Shown here piece after piece: positions 63,738 to 64,000 of a stretch of DNA of 64,000 nt. Location of the stretch: positions 1,152,001-1,216,000 of the forward strand of contig CAVXJS010000021.1 of assembly GCA_963762145.1 (NCBI GenBank), read 5' to 3'. Source of the DNA: an uncultured Candidatus Rokubacteria bacterium (GTDB taxonomy: Bacteria > Methylomirabilota > Methylomirabilia > Rokubacteriales > CSP1-6). Position 1 is the first letter of the stretch. Each line of letters opens with the position of its first letter. The notes under the pieces are model-generated. The model did not search any database and had not been told where the DNA came from. It saw only the letters and a list, made by a program, of their open reading frames with translations. A program made the position numbers and the translations under genes.

Positions 63738-64000
63738 CTAGCTCGGGTCGGCGGCGCGCAACCGCTTCGCCAGCGCCTGCAGGAGCTTCCATCCGATGGC
63801 GCCGTTCCTTTCGACCAGCGGGCGGAACTCCCAGAACGTGAGCCCGTAGCAAACCAGGTCGGTCGCAGCGGTCACCGTGGCCGAGCGGGGGCCGCCGTCG
63901 ATCAGGGCGATCTCGCCGAAGTAGTCGCCCGGGCCGAGGGTGGCGAGGTCGACGCCTTTGCTCGAGACCGTGGCCTCCCCGGAGTCGATGAGGAAGAAGG
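63738..64000 (-). CDS. Cyclic nucleotide-binding domain protein (3' part)
   Basis: FFLI.SG.A.V...LGPGDYFGEIAL...PRSATV.A. Confidence 0.85.
   Translation of the reverse strand, partial: FFLIDSGEATVSSKGVDLATLGPGDYFGEIALIDGGPRSATVTAATDLVCYGLTFWEFRPLVERNGAIGWKLLQALAKRLRAADPS

Noticed and set aside
62846-63741. Short ORFs as integrase or transposase
   Set aside because: No recognisable catalytic motifs or RBS

Overview
High-GC bacterial window, probably Candidatus Rokubacteria/Methylomirabilota-like (inferred from gene content only). Scattered single-base indels split several intact-looking genes, which suggests a long-read assembly. (1) 1-33.5 kb: a stress/dormancy gene island with Lon, two Hsp20s, an orphan GroEL, HPF, three USPs, several CBS and BON proteins, a CtpF-like ATPase, an APH + tandem kinase pair, an L,D-transpeptidase and an IHF/HU subunit. 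Thirteen sigma54 promoters lie across 1-41 kb. Most share one architecture: a tandem G(G/A)GG-N8-(C/T)CCC upstream site, often an IHF-like site, then the -24/-12 box. An NtrC-family activator is encoded in the island. (2) 33.5-36.2 kb: a more AT-rich islet with a MerR regulator and an ArsM-like methyltransferase whose in-frame UGA plus SECIS-like hairpin indicate a selenoprotein. (3) 36.2-43.5 kb: a Crp/Fnr nitrosative-stress module, nirK, cytochrome c and a persulfide dioxygenase-rhodanese fusion. (4) 43.6-51.1 kb: an ArsR-led Ehr (hydrogenase-related, no Ni ligands) operon syntenic with M. tuberculosis Rv0081-0087. (5) 51.2-58.7 kb: an arsenic/organoarsenical resistance cluster. (6) 58.9-62.8 kb: a tRNA-Phe 3' fragment (att scar), then four attC-bounded integron cassettes (two carry ABC substrate-binding proteins) and an attI-like site with no integrase in view. 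All family calls come from motif recognition; no database searches were run.
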